Notes: generated by a model not told the origin, from the letters alone. Counted from the first letter of the stretch, positions 1 to 28,168 are shown. The stretch is 64,000 nt of DNA from the human T2T-CHM13v2.0 reference genome, Homo sapiens (GCF_009914755.1 NC_060934.1); one strand, 5' to 3'. Translations and numbers: made by a program.

Positions 1-270
<270 letters not shown>

Positions 271-1271
271 CTCCAGAGGCATTTTGATTGGAAGAGAAGA
301 CTTGGGAAAAGAAATTGTATCTGACCTGAAAACCACCATCCAAAGGAAAATAAGTCTTGTCAACTCTCATCTTGATTGCATATAAGTTGGTTCTCTTCAA
401 TTAAAGTGATTTAGTAAATGTATTATCAAATTACTTATCTGTTTATTTGAACTCCTAAGCTTTTCCGCATGTAAATAAAATCACAAAAGAGGAGGAAATA
501 CCCCTTGTTAGATGTGGGACCTCATTCTGAGTCCAGAGTCCAAGGAAGGTGATGAAGCCTTGCTCTCAGGGAGGAGCGGCTGCCTAACTCATGTCTCCTT
601 GTGGCTCAGGACCCAGAATCGGTCACCACAGGATGGCCTCCCTCTTGCTTCCAATGCAGGCATCTGTGGAGCTGAGCAGCAAGGTGTTTGCTGCCAGCTC
701 TCCCTTCCTGGGGTCTTGGTGCCTGGGTCCACAACTAGGCCAGCCTCACCAGCACCTTTGTCAGGACATGGGTGGACTTGGCTTGGCGGGGAGGAGCAAG
801 TGGGATGTTTTTGGCATGGTTTGATATTTGCTAACTGGTAAAGGTCTTGCTCCAAATATTCCCTCACCAACCACTTCTGTGTCTGAAATCCCTGTCAGTC
901 TTTGAGAGCAGGGTTTTGAAGATCCCTGCTCAGGTACAGATCTGGAAAGGGGGCCTTTCTGAGCCATTTCTTTAAGGGAAAAAGGGCTGCAAGGTGACTC
1001 CACTCTGGGGAAAATGAACCACCAAGTCAGGTTGGAAGGAATTGTGTCTGGGAGCTATTCATGATGTGTCCCTAGCCAGGGAGGCTCAGACCAAATTCTG
1101 TCTTTCCTAGTGAGTCTGCCTGGACTACTGATATTAATTCATACACACCGCTAGTTGGTTGCTCAACTTGCAAGACCCTGAGAGAATGGAATGCAATACA
1201 GACAACCGTTGGCTTCTTACCCATTGTTTCCCAAGCAGTGCACGAAGCCCTCTACATGTGATATTCTCTTT

Positions 1272-1570
<299 letters not shown>

Positions 1571-2883
1571 TGATATTCTCTTTCAATTTTCCCAACAACC
1601 ATGTGAGGTAGAAATATCCCTACTTTATAGGAACAAAAATGGAGGCTCAGAGATAAGCCACTTGCCCAGTGTCATGCGGCTAAACATAGTTATGCTGATT
1701 AACAGCTAGTACCATTGAGTGCTGCGGGCCAAGGCACTACAAAGGATTCCTGTTTCAACTCACTTGATCCTCATTACATGCTTGTGGAACCCCCTTTTAA
1801 CAGATGTGGAAACTGGAGTACAGGGAGGTTAAACAGGCTCTCCGAGGCATTCAGCTGGCAGACGTCAGATGTCAGCCTGCTCTTCGCCGCCCTGCTGCAT
1901 GCAGTGTTGGAGCCATCTGTGTATGAGCCACAAAAATGTGCCGAGAGCCTGCTGTGTGCCAGGCGCATACAGTTACCCTGGAGATCCGACAGCCCTGGCC
2001 TACTGGAGGTTACATGCTGGCATCCTCGCACCAGAACTGGTCGTAGATGGCCCAGGGTAGCAAAAGGGTTGGGACATCCAGGGGACATTGGGCCCAGGCA
2101 GTGAGTGGCCTTGATTCCTGTCTCCCCTGCCTGGGAAGGGCAGTCAGGGGTGACCCTGACCTCGTCCTGTGTGGCTAACCTGAGGCAATGATTATCCTCT
2201 CTAGGGGACTGAGGCAAGCGGCCAGGTGTCTTGAGGGCCCGTTTATCTCAGGACTTGGACCTCTATGGGGTCTTGTCTCACACACCCACTGTGGGGCTTT
2301 CCCTATCTCTGCTTTACATGCACATTGCAGAATAAGAGATGCCGTTGAAGGACTCTATCCAAGAAGCCCTTCCCAATGAGATTTGAGGCCAGGATTAAGA
2401 GACCTTAAATGGATATTTCTGTGAGGAAGAAATTGTGCGTGCTTAGATGTCTGTGTCTTTGGAGGGTTTGGAGGGTCAAGACACCATCAAATTTGTGTTT
2501 CACAAGCTTGAACTTGAACAAATTTGTGTTTCACAACAGGTTTGATGGGATCTGGACTCTCTCTGCTATGGGGTCAGCCCTCCTGGAGTCCACCCCAGCT
2601 TGAGCACTGGAAGCCTGCCCTGGATTGGACAGGAACCCTGCATTTCTCCCACTGGCACTCACCCTCCGCCGATCAAATTATATCCTCGGCTTCCTCAGCA
2701 GTACAATCTTCAGAGGACTGTGGAGAGGATTAAACTGTTATTACTGTACATGAGAAGTGCTTACATCAGTGCCTGCTCACAATTTACATGTGATTATTAT
2801 CATTATAATCCCACCTGGCCTGGTCAACATAAAGAAACCTGGGGCCTGTTCTGACTCCCTACCCCACTTTATTTTTAAAATAG

Positions 2884-3078
<195 letters not shown>

Positions 3079-4617
3079 TGAGGACCAGGTAAGCTCTCAC
3101 ACCCACCCTGCCTGGCATGTAGTAAGCCCTTCCTCGCCTCTTTAAAGAAGACCAAGGCAAATGGGTTTATGATTTCTCAGGAAGGTTTTGATTCTGTTGT
3201 TTTTCCTTCCCAGCTTCCCAATTGTCTACTGTACCTGCAAACTCCCTATCCTTCGGGTCCAGATCTAGTGTGTCTCCTGCAGCTTCTGTCTAAACTAAGG
3301 ATTGCCCTTTTGGTCCCTATTCCAGCCCTTCCCCTCTGGGAAATGACGTATGCCTTCCAGAACTTCTAACTTTACCACACTCTGATGGTGAGCTGGGCAC
3401 TGACTGTGTGGCTGGCATTGTTCTTAATTACCACGTTCCAGGTCTTCACACAGATGGGCTTATTTGATCCTCACTGTGTTCCTATGAGGATGGTGTAATT
3501 TTGATCTCTATTTCTTTAAAAAATAGAGATGGGGTCTAGCTATGTTGCCCAGGCTGGTCTCCAACTCCTGAGCTCAAGCAATTCTCCCCACCTCAGCCTC
3601 CCAAAGTGTTGAGATTACAGGCATGAGCCATCGTGCCTGGCCTATCATCCCCATTTAAAAGACAGAAAATCTGAGGCACAAGGAGGTTAAACAACTTGCC
3701 TGAGATCCCAGTTAGAAAGCGGTAAGTTTGAACCCAAGTAGTGTGACTCTAAGCCCCAGCTCCCAACCACACCATTTTGTTGCCATCGTAACTCTAATGT
3801 TTAGAATCTATTGTATACTCAAAGGTCTTGGCGTGTCCTAAATTTAAATAAATAAGTAAACAAATAAATAAATAAATAAGAATCCATAGGAATTGGGAAA
3901 AGGAGCATGGTCTTTGTTCTATGAATGTTGTTTGTTTTTTTTTTTTTTCAGTCGAAAGATATTTTACTGCAAAATTGGAGATTTCAAATTCCCCCTGGTT
4001 ATATTCTGCTGGTGTTTAACCTCCTTCTAAATAAGGCATTCTTTCTGAATCTCACTGAATTCTCTTGTACTAAAAAATAGAACTATTTTTTCTTGCTCCA
4101 TCACCTGTGGAGATGGAAAAGTACTGATCAGCACGTTCTCTCGCATGCTTGAAAATACCTTCCCGGTATCTCACATCTCTCTGAGCCCATTCTTCTCCAA
4201 AGCCAGAGGACCTGGCTCCTTTCCACTAGGCGGGTTTCCTGTTCGTAGCCCTGACAAAAGTGTCCAGAGTTTTCCAGCCTCTCTCCTTCCACTGGGTATG
4301 CATTGGGCCATGAGGGTGGCGCTGAGGGTGCACACAGGGTCCAAAGCAAGCCATGTGGCTTGGGGTCCTCCATCTCTGCTCAGAATTTTATTTTAGCTTA
4401 CTTTGTTATTTTTTATACTCCAGAACATTTAAAAAAGAAATGAAGGTGTAAAGAAGTGGGGTGGGGGGGGGGGCAGGTGGAAAACGTTAGCCTTAATCTC
4501 TCCTCCCCTGACATTTTAATACAGGTTGGAGTTGACTTTGAACCTGAGGGCCTAAGTGCCCGGCACTGCGAGGGTATGGCAGGGACCCCATTCTTGATCC
4601 TGGCCTTGAGGTTCTCA

Positions 4618-5277
<660 letters not shown>

Positions 5278-6211
5278 GGAAAGGAAGGGGGCTATGGCAT
5301 GCTGCAGGGTGTGGGGGAGGTTGCAGGATTAGGTGGGACGCCAGGGTTGGCCTCCTTAAGAGGGTGAGAAGGTGAGATTCAGCTTCTCGAAGCTGAGGGG
5401 TTTAACCATGTGAGTATGTGGGAGTGGAACATTTCAGTCAGAGGGAATAGCCAGAGCCTAAAAGAAACAAAATCCAACACAAAATCAGGAAGGGGCCACC
5501 TAAGAGATAAGGAGTCTGAGAAAGCGCCAAGGGAAGGGAAGAAGGAGGGTTTCATGCCTATGCTAATTGCATTGTGGCTGCTCTGAGGGTGGGGTCATTT
5601 ACCCAACCTCGGGACCACCCTCTGCCCAAACCCTTAGGCTAACGGAAATCTGACCAATGTGGTGGTGGAAATAGCTCTGATCCAGGCTCTTTCATAACTA
5701 GGACACGGCCTTGAGTAAGCCACATGCTCCTTGGGTCTCAATGGCCTCGTCTGGAAAAGGAAACAGCTGAAAACTGGGTGCTTGCAGGCCCGAGTGTGCT
5801 TTGTAATAATAGCAATGTTATAAATAAGATGGCAATTGTAGCATCTTGCCAGGGTGAAAAAGTTAATTATTCTTATGATTGAGACTTTTAAAAATCAAAA
5901 GCAAAACCATCTGATTTCTGTGGTTTCTGAGGAAAAGAAAAGCAGGAAAGAAAGATGAAGTGAGGCCGGGCGGGGTGCTGACACCTGTAATCCCAGCACT
6001 TTGGGAAGCGGAGGAGGGCGGATCACTTGAGCTCAGGAGTTCAAGACCAGCCTTGGGCCTGGGAGGTTGAGGCTGCAGTGAGCTGTGATCATTCCACTGC
6101 ATTCCAGCCTAGGCAACAGAGTGAGATCCTATCTCTGAAAAAAAAAAAAAAAAAAAAAAAGACACAAGTTTTCCTTTCGCCACCATTTAACCATCTTCAC
6201 TTTGTGGGAAC

Positions 6212-6304
6212 TGTGCTGGGGTGGTGGGTGGGGGGTTGGGGGGACCCTCTCAGCTGCTTGTGCTGGGGTGGTGGGTGGGGGATGGGGGGACCCTCTCAGC
6301 TGCT
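6212..6304 (+). repeat. Two-copy G-rich tandem repeat (47 + 46 bp)
   Basis: TGTGCTGGGGTGGTGGGTGGGGG..TGGGGGGACCCTCTCAGCTGCT occurs twice. Confidence 0.9.
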
Positions 6305-6848
6305 CCCTGGCAGTAGTTCCTTAGCTGAGGTTCAGAACATTCGCAAGCAACCAACCGTCTGTCTGTTGGGAAGGTTTGGAAAGTATTATGCAAATGGTGA
6401 AAAAAACGGTCTTTGACAACTTAGCAAAGAATAAAACCTGTCAGAGTGTCCTAGCCTTTAGGCTGTTGGGACCAGAAATACAAAGTCATGTTCTCATAAT
6501 CTATTAAGTTGCTAAAAGGAGGGATTTGAGAGCATCATCTTGGCAGACACGGGGTTCTGCCCAAACTCTGAGACTTAGGGCCCCGTGATTCTAGGAAGGG
6601 CTTTCCCTGCTCACGACAGACAGGAGTGTTTGTTTTTTAAATGCCAGGGCAGAGGTGGGATGGGCTTGCTGGGGAAACTGGACTGATAAAGAAAGTCCTC
6701 AGCGTGGTACCTGGAATATCCTAGTGAAACCCCCCAGTGGTGCTTTATTTTTGGGTTACATGGGTTCTTCCAAATGATGTCTGAGTGTTTTTCATTGAGG
6801 ACTCTCTATTTATGGGATACTTTTTGGTGCAGATACACTTTCAGGTCA

Positions 6849-7991
<1,143 letters not shown>

Positions 7992-8194
7992 GAACAAGGA
8001 GGATCCCAATGCAAGCCCCATATTCCAAGAATGTGGTTTTGAACTGAGGTATATTGAGCAAGCTCTTGCTTGCCCCCAACGGTCTTTTCCTCCCTCTCTA
8101 CTAACCGCACCCCTTACTTCATCCTGGCTTGAGGATTAAATACTAAGATGATCACCAGTCCTTCAATGATTATCATCCTCTATTAAGATGCAAA

Positions 8195-8930
<736 letters not shown>

Positions 8931-9152
8931 AAGATGCGAATATTGGGGAGAATATCTTCATTGAGTATCAGCTGAGACTAACGTAGTTGAGGTAGAGATT
9001 AGGACGGGATGCAGAACATGTTTTTGGGTTCTGTCTGGAAACTCTGAGGAGTGGCCTTGCTTAAAAACCAGCATTGGTAGGATGGCCCTCAATGGAGTCT
9101 TTAGGGTCCTGGCCTTTAAAGAGTCCTTTCGGTACACAACACTTTATCCTAA

Positions 9153-11493
<2,341 letters not shown>

Positions 11494-11677
11494 TAAACAA
11501 CCAAAATATTTTTATTGAGCCTTTTTCTTGATTATTAATATACATAATTTTTTTCTACAAAATTTAGAGTAGTCTGGAAAAGATGAAGAAGAAACATTTG
11601 TGATCCTACTGTCCAGAAAACACCACTGTTAATTTTTTGGTCAATGGGTAGCTGAACCGATTAAGTTCTAGAGCAGC

Positions 11678-12092
<415 letters not shown>

Positions 12093-12301
12093 CTATTCAT
12101 TCATTCAGTGCCTTGAGCGGAGGTGCAGAAGCATGTCAAGCTAATCGGGAAGTTTAGTCCAGTTGAGGATATAATCAACTAAAGGTCATCAAGGTGTAGA
12201 GCATTTCACTGAAGTTGGAAGAGGAGCAACCTATTTCAGTAGTAGATACTATTTTTTTGGATGGAGGGTGGCTGTATCCTTTCATTCTTTAGTGAGAATT
12301 A

Positions 12302-16466
<4,165 letters not shown>

Positions 16467-17053
16467 TATTATGTAAATTCTCAAAAATATATTAAAGTAG
16501 GGAGGATAGTATAATGAACCTTCTTTTACTCATTGCTCAACTTCAGCAGTTATCAAACCACCAGTATACCCTCCCCATCTACCCTCAAACCAGATTATTT
16601 AGAAGCAAATCCTAGTCATTTTATCATGCTAAACAGAAATGCTTAGCATGTACCTCTACAAGAAAATAACAAAAAGGACTTCTGATTATTTACAAATCTT
16701 AATCTTGCTTCCCCTTCATTCCTCATCTATCCCAGGGCATGGATTAGGAAGCGTGAGTTCTAACCCTGGTTTGCCCCTTGCTAACCGTGTGAGCAGAGGC
16801 AAATCATTTAACCTTTCTGGACTTGCATTTTTCTCACCTGAGTGAGGGAACTAGATGATTTCTAAGATCCCTTCTAGTTCTAGAAATCAAAAATTCATGC
16901 AAGGGCCGTCCTTCAAGCCTCTAGAGACATACAGATTTGGTGCAGTATCTATTTACTGGTTTTTGTTTGTTTGTTTGTTTGTTTTGTTTTTTTGGTGCAG
17001 TGCCCAGTTCAGAGTCAAGACCCTCTCAATGAAGAGCCAAGCAAAAGTCCTAG

Positions 17054-20033
<2,980 letters not shown>

Positions 20034-20439
20034 TTAGAGCTCAGCTTTGAAGTTTCACTTCACGAGCTTGGCTCAGTGAGGTATGTTACTCCCCGGTGAA
20101 AAAGAAAATGAAGAGAATGTTTTATGTTGAAAGTGCTTGGTGACGAAAAGGCAGCACCTAGATCCCTTATCTCATAAAAAATGCAGCAGATTCTTAATAT
20201 TAGCAATCTAGTGTTTAGATTGTTACCTGAAGAAAGGAAAAACAAACTGTCCCAAATGCTGATTCTACTGTTTCGGTGGGAAAAAAAAATGTCTTGCAGG
20301 CAAGTGGCAAACAACAAAACTTTTGAAAAAGCAGGCCTGGGGGGAGTCCAGTACAGTTTCATAATGGGTATGAATAGTTATTTTACTGTGTTCCCCCCAC
20401 CCCCTTTCTTTCTGGGTTTTGATGTGGATGTCTTTCTAT

Positions 20440-20577
20440 TTGTTCAGGAAATTGTGACGTGTGTTCTGGGCAGGGTTTGAGGTTTTGGAACATTTTCTAA
20501 AAGGGACAGAGAGCACCCTGCTACATTTCCTAATCAAGAAGTTGGCGTGCAGCTGGGAGAGCTAGACTAAGTTGGTC
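20440..20577 (+). promoter_or_regulatory. SRGN: SRGN proximal promoter and 5' UTR: ETS site CAGGAAAT (20445-20452), CRE half-site TGACGT (20455-20460), GRE half-site TGTTCT (20462-20467); no TATA box
   Basis: Motifs read directly. Their spacing (about -80 and -70 from a TSS near 20525) agrees with the described ETS and CRE elements of the serglycin promoter. Confidence 0.8.
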
Positions 20578-20656
20578 ATGATGCAGAAGCTACTCAAATG
20601 CAGTCGGCTTGTCCTGGCTCTTGCCCTCATCCTGGTTCTGGAATCCTCAGTTCAAG
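20578..20656 (+). CDS. SRGN: Serglycin coding exon 1 (signal peptide MMQKLLKCSRLVLALALILVLESSVQ + first base of Gly27)
   Basis: Manual translation from ATG at 20578 matches the human serglycin N-terminus. 79 coding nt are followed by a CAAG|GTAAGA donor at 20657. Confidence 0.98.
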
Positions 20657-22095
20657 GTAAGACTCAGGAGTCTTGTTCCCCAGCCATCTTCTCTGTAAGC
20701 CCTGTGGTCCATGCAAGTCATTATATTCATTTTAAGGCATAGAATGTATAATATTGTGAGAAAGGAGGCAAAGAAGAAGGATTTGGGGTCGCTGAACCCT
20801 TTAATATGAGTTCTGTTAAGTTTGGTACCAAGAAAAATTAAACTCTGTGGCGTGTGCAGTCTTGTAAACTCTTACAATGATTGAAATGTGCTATTTTGGG
20901 ATGAAAATGTGAGGTTTATAAATTTTAAAAGCTCAAAAAAGGAATCTAGAAAATGACTCCTGTGCCTGTTGCATGGAGGAGATGGCACCTTTGACTGTTG
21001 GGGGGTGTCTGCCTACCCCTAAGTGTCTACATCAGCCCCAAGTTTTAGTGCGCTGTGACGGTGTCATTGTTATTTTAACACTGGGAGACGTTATATTCCA
21101 ATTGGGGTGAATCTGACTGTGTGTATTTTCTTTTCTTTTTTTTTTTTTAAAGATAAACTTGGTTCTTACTGAAAACTCAATTATGGTTAGACATAGTTCA
21201 TGTAAAACCTCTCAGATTTTAAAGAGAAGGCCAAATAATTTGGTATTTGTGCTCTTGCTCAGAGAAGCATCATATTCGGAAATATCTTCCTAGGTTTATC
21301 TACCATTTAGTGTTGTTTAGTCAGACTGAAACAACTTAAAACCTGTAATGACTAAGACAATGAAAATGATAGGCTTGTAAGAAAAATACAATTTGTTATT
21401 CTTTGGCAAATAAGGAATCATGTCTAAATAAGACGGAGGTCATGGCTTGATAGAGAGATGGCTGAACCTATAGTAGAAAAACACTAGGTTCCGCCAAATG
21501 GTAAGGGAAATGTTGAGTCACAATGACACACATGTCCTAGATTTGTTTCGTCAAAGCGACTTTTGGTTGTCATGATCTTACTTCCGGTGGAGATGAAATC
21601 TTACAGATGATCGCAGAGACATTCATTTTATGTTGGAAATTTATAAAATCATTTTCTTCTAGTTATGCTAATGCTGAAAAAAGAGCAAGTAATGTTTCTG
21701 GAACGTTATTAATTTATGTATTTTTAAAATATAAAACATTGTCAATTGTAGGGAACAGGCTTCACTGGGATCTTTTAGGGAATATCTTCAGCTTGATGAA
21801 ATAATTCCCGAATAGCCAAGTGGTCTGACAAGATCGAGAGTAATGAGGCCCATACTTTAGTACAGTCTTGAATGGCCAGATGGTGCTGGGCATACCCCAA
21901 CCAGAGATATGTAAGTCTTTATGTTGTCAAAATTTCCCAGAAACATGAATTTCCCACTAAGATTCATTAAGGAAAACTAGAATGAAAACAAAAACGTTCC
22001 TTGTATAATATTCATTAGAAAGAAATGAAGAAGGCCGGGCATGGTGGCTCACGCCTGTAATCCCAGCACTTTGAGAGGCCAAGGTAGGCAGATCA

Positions 22096-22287
<192 letters not shown>

Positions 22288-22313
22288 CTAGGTGACAGTG
22301 CAAGACTCTGTCA

Positions 22314-22372
22314 GAAAGAAAGAAAGAGAGAGAGAGAGAAAGAAAGGAAAGAAAGAAAGAGAAGGAAAGAAA
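22314..22372 (+). repeat. (GAAA)n/(GA)n polypurine tract derived from an Alu tail
   Basis: Read directly. Confidence 0.9.
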
Positions 22373-22784
22373 ATAATTCATCATGAAATTGTATAGAATA
22401 CTAGCATTTATGTCATGACCTCGTAGGTTTAGCTCTTTGTTAGAAAAGGAAACCATAGAAAGAGACAAGGGAGAAACTGACAAACTAGGGTGTTTCCGAA
22501 AAAAGGCTCTCAGTATCGGGCTCAAGGGCTTGTGCCCACATCTGAGCATGCAGGGAAATAGATGTCCCCCACTGGCTGCACATGTGAGTGACTGCGGCAC
22601 AAGGCTGTGATGTGAAGAGTCATGACACCATTTCCTCACACCTCCACGCAATGCCAGATATGATTCGACAACATTCTTCCTGTCTTATAAAAAGTGTTTA
22701 TCTAGCCCGTTGGTTTGGCAGATGAAATCAACTAGGCTTTTGGCTTGCTTTTACTGAGCATATTCAAAACCATTTCAGGTCACT

Positions 22785-23145
22785 ATAGTGGTTTGCTCGG
22801 GTTGCCATAACAAAGTACCACGGACTGAGTGGCTTAAATAACAGAAATGTATTTCCTGACAGTTCTGGAGATGGGAGTCCAAGATCAAGGTGCTGGCAGG
22901 GTCGATCGCATTCTGAGGCCTCTCTCCTTGGCTTATAGATGGCGCCTTCTCCCTTGTCTGCACATGGCCTTTCCTCCATGCATCCGTGTCTTAATACCAT
23001 CTTCTTAGAGGGTCACCAGGCATTGGATCAGGGCCACCCTAATGGCCTCATCTTAACTACCTATATCTGCAATGACCCTATTTCTGAACAATTTCACATT
23101 GTGAGATTCTGTGGGTTAGAACTGGAACATATGAATTTGGTGGTG
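22785..23145 (-). mobile_element. MaLR solo LTR (MLT1A/B-like) in SRGN intron 1
   Basis: Characteristic GGTTGCCATAACAAAGTACCAC...AGTTCTGGAG..AGTCCAAGATCAAGGTG. Confidence 0.8.
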
Positions 23146-24096
23146 GTATATTTTTATTATAAGTCAAACCCAAGTAAAGATGTGGGGTAAGATTGTGTTT
23201 ACCAAGCACAAAGAAATGGAAATTTGGGGATGTGTAACTCTGGAGAGCACAGATGACTAATCTATTTAATGTAGGGCTCCAGGGGATTTGATGAGGCCTG
23301 TGAATCTTCCACTTTTATTGCCTCTCTTTTCCAATGACACCCATAAAGAAAAAAAATGGAATATCCATGAACAGGTGCAGCCAAGGAGGCCAGGCCCGCC
23401 ATGTGTCCACTGTATACTGTCTCCTAGCTCACAGGAATGATACTGATCCACTCCTTGTGCTGCTCTTTGTAAAGTGATTTCACATCCATTCTCTGGTAAT
23501 CATCATCACATTCCCTGTGATGAGGAATTAGCACCAATTATAGAGGAGAAAACTGGATCTGACATTTCTCATCTCATTTGCTCTATACATTAACCTCTTG
23601 CAAAAAATTTGTGAGTCTTGCCCAAGACCCATTACAACTAATTAACGGCTGAACTGGTCGTCTGATTTCAAGGCCAGAATTAACTTTCTACTGCAGCTCA
23701 TGGATCAGAGGTTTTCTTTATTTAAACAAACAAACAAAAAATCCTTTGACCGTAGCCCTTGCTATAACATTTCCCACTGAGTTGAGGGAGAAATTGAAAG
23801 TAAACTTAGGAGCTTTTTATAGCTTGTCAAACCATGCAAGAGTGGGGGAAGCTTATCCATCTTGTGGAATTGATAGACCAGGAGGAAGTAACTCCGGCTT
23901 AGATAATGCTACCATTTTGAATAAATCAAATGGTCTTCTTTTCCCCTTCATGGTAGTTGCTGCTTAAGTTTCTCTAACATGCCTGCAGTAAGTTTCCATT
24001 AAGAATAGGAAATTAGGCTCGGTACAGTGGCTCACGTCTGTAGTCTTAGCACTTTGGGAGACCGAGGAGTGTGGATCACTTGAGGTCAGGAGTTCA

Positions 24097-24345
<249 letters not shown>

Positions 24346-24839
24346 TTAGTATATTGTGATTATGTTGAGGGAAAAGTTAGTACCATAATATAAAAAGGTA
24401 TGGACTATTGGAGAAAGTTGTTTGCTTTGGTAACATTTACTCATAGAAAGTATTTTGGTAAAGCAGGACTCAGGGTGGTGGGGGAGGTGGGCAGTGAGGG
24501 ATAGGATTCAAATAAAAACCATTCTTTCCCTTGGAATCCACTACACAATTAACCAACAAATCCCATAAGTGGACCTTTTAGGAAGATAACATTTCTATCC
24601 ATGAGCATAGCCACTATAATCACAAGACATTTATCTCAAGCAAGATAGAGTCAAGATACTCTCACAACCTCAGGGGCTGGAACTGTAAATTTTCACATCC
24701 TGCCAACACCCTTGAATAGCTATGTCAAGAATTTAGTGTCTGTAACTTGTTCTTTATTTTAAAGTACATTTAACATCATCGGCCCCAAATTAGATAGGCT
24801 TTTGGAGTGGGATCCCTTCTACTTTTGATTTCTTTATAA

Positions 24840-25310
<471 letters not shown>

Positions 25311-25544
25311 TTCGTTACGAATTTTAATTAGCTGAGATTCTGAACTCTGGGGGAATTTTGTATTCTAGAAATATTTTTTACTAATATGCTACAGTTGTAT
25401 TTGTCATGCTGGTGAAAAGATGTGGTCTTTCACCTGGATGCTTTCTCATTAAGCATTATTTTTCTGTTTAGCTTCCTGTGTGAGCAAACATTTTCTCAGC
25501 TTGATACTCAGTGCATCAGCGGCTTGCAGAAGAGACTGCCTAGG

Positions 25545-25853
25545 CCTGCTCTGTCCAGTACGGTAGCCACAAGTCACTTGTGGCTACTGAACACTTGAAA
25601 TGTGGCAAGGCCAAATTGGGACAGGCTGTGAATGCAAAATATACAAGATTTGGAACCCTTAGTATGAAGAAAAGAATGCAAAATATCCCAGTAATAACTT
25701 TTACATTGATGATATGTTAAAGGACAATATTTGAATATGTTAGGTTAAATAAAATTAATTTCACCTGTTTCTTTTTACTTTTAAAAATATGGCCGCTGGA
25801 ACATTTAAAACTCCCTATGTGGTTTGCTTTGTGTTTCTATTGGACAAAGTTGG
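25545..25853 (+). mobile_element. MER33-like hAT-Charlie element
   Basis: CTGTCCAGTACGGTAGCCACAAGTCACTTGTGGCTACTGAACACTTGAAATGTGGC ... TTTCTATTGGACA termini. Confidence 0.75.
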
Positions 25854-26439
25854 TCTAGACAGTACAAGGTGTGAAGACACCGCCCTCTGCTGGAGAAGAT
25901 GCTGGATTTTTATTTCACCTACAGGAAGAGACGTCTAAGTAGCAATTAGATGCTAAACTAATGCTGCCTCAGGAAAGAATCAAAAGAGAAAGAGTGAAAC
26001 CAGGCCGGGCGCGGTGGCTCACGCCTATAATCTCAGCACTTTGGGAGGCCAAGGCGAGGGGATCACGAGGTCAGGAGATCGAGACCTTCCTGGCTAACCC
26101 CGTCTCTATTAAAACTACAAAAAATTAGCCGGGCATGGTGGCACGTGCCTGTAATTCCAGCTAGTCGGGAGGCTGAGGCAGGAGAATAGCTTAAACCCAG
26201 GTGGCGGAGGGTGCAGTGAGCTGAGATGTGCCACAGCACTCCAGCCTGGGCAACAGAGCCAGACTCTATCTCAAAATAAGGAAAAATAAAAAAGAAAAGA
26301 AAGAAAGTCCATAAATTGAGACTCCTAGAGATACTAAATGGTAGAATGGGAATTTGAATTTAAATTTATAAGATGTTCACTCTCGGAGATCATAGGTCAT
26401 TGTTGTCCTCCTCCTTTTCATGACAGGAACTAGCAATGA

Positions 26440-26620
26440 AGAGCTCTGACTATGTGCTAGGTACTACTCTGAGAACCTAACATTTGTATCTCCTTATTAA
26501 CTCTATTACTGCCCCATCCTACAGATGAGAAAATTGAGGCACAGGAAGTTTAAGTTGGCCAAGATCACACAGCCAGTAAGGGGCAGACATTGAAAGGTCA
26601 TTTTGCCTGCCTTATCCCCA
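26440..26620 (-). mobile_element. MIR
   Basis: CCCATCCTACAGATGAGAAAATTGAGGCACAGGAAGTTTAAGTTGGCCAAGATCACACAGCCAGTAAG core. Confidence 0.7.
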
Positions 26621-27380
26621 GCCTCCAGGCAGTGGCAGAGTTAGCTCATTTTGGACAAACAGCTCTCCCAGACCAGACATTGTAAGCTATACTCAGGAAT
26701 CATAGGAAAGATTATGATAGAATAATATATAGTTACAAAGAAAAGAAAGAAAATCCAATGGGAGAATATTTACTGTTTTCTATATTAAAGTGTTTAATGT
26801 TTATGTTTTTAGAGGAATATTGTTTATTATAGCAATTTAGAAAACAAAATGAGAAAAAAAATCACCAAAGATTCTACCTCCAGTTATTTTTGTGTATTTC
26901 CTTCCATTTTTCCCCCCATGTCTGTTTATATAATTGAAACTATTATTCATGCAAAGAGGTATTCTGATTTTCTCAGTTATTTTTATTTATTTTTAATTTT
27001 GTAAATAAACTTTTTTCTTCTGAGACAGTCTCGCTGTGTCACCCAGGCTGAAGTGCAGCCGTGCAATCTTGGCTCACTGTGACCTCCCAGTCTCAAGCAA
27101 TCTTCCTGCCTCAGCCTCCTAAGTAGCTGGGACTGCAGATGTGTGCTACCACATCCAGCTAATTTTTAAAATCTTTTTTCTCTTTTTTGGTAGAAATGGG
27201 AGTCTCTCTATGTTGCCCAGCCTGTATTGAACTCCTGGGCTCAAGTGATCCTCCCACCTCAGTCTCCCAAAGTGCTGGGATTTCAGGCATGAGCTACCAC
27301 ACCCAACCTAATTTTTATTTTTATTTTATTAAAAAAAAAAGTTTTTGCCTACCCGCCTCTCACCCTCTCACTCATTTTTA

Positions 27381-27741
<361 letters not shown>

Positions 27742-28030
27742 TCATTTGGTTAGTATTCTCTTATGAGTTGATGCCTTGTAATTTATCTGAATGTTTTCCA
27801 TTATTTTGTGGTGAGCTTTAAAACTACCCTTCCTGACTTTCAAGAATCCTAGACATGCTCCTTCTTGCTAGGTAATTATTAGTTGCACTCATTAGAATAA
27901 AGTATATGCTTGGAGTGGGGAGGAGATGAACTTTTTGAAGGGCGGTGAAGTATTTCTCACCACCAGGCCTTTGTCTTTGCTAAACTGAGGAAGGAAGATT
28001 TTATTTCATTAGCTAACAAAGAACCTCCTA

Positions 28031-28168
<138 letters not shown>

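Noticed and set aside
2488-2536. CRISPR-like repeat-spacer-repeat
   Set aside because: Only two 18-bp repeats with a 13-bp low-complexity spacer, in primate DNA with no cas genes.
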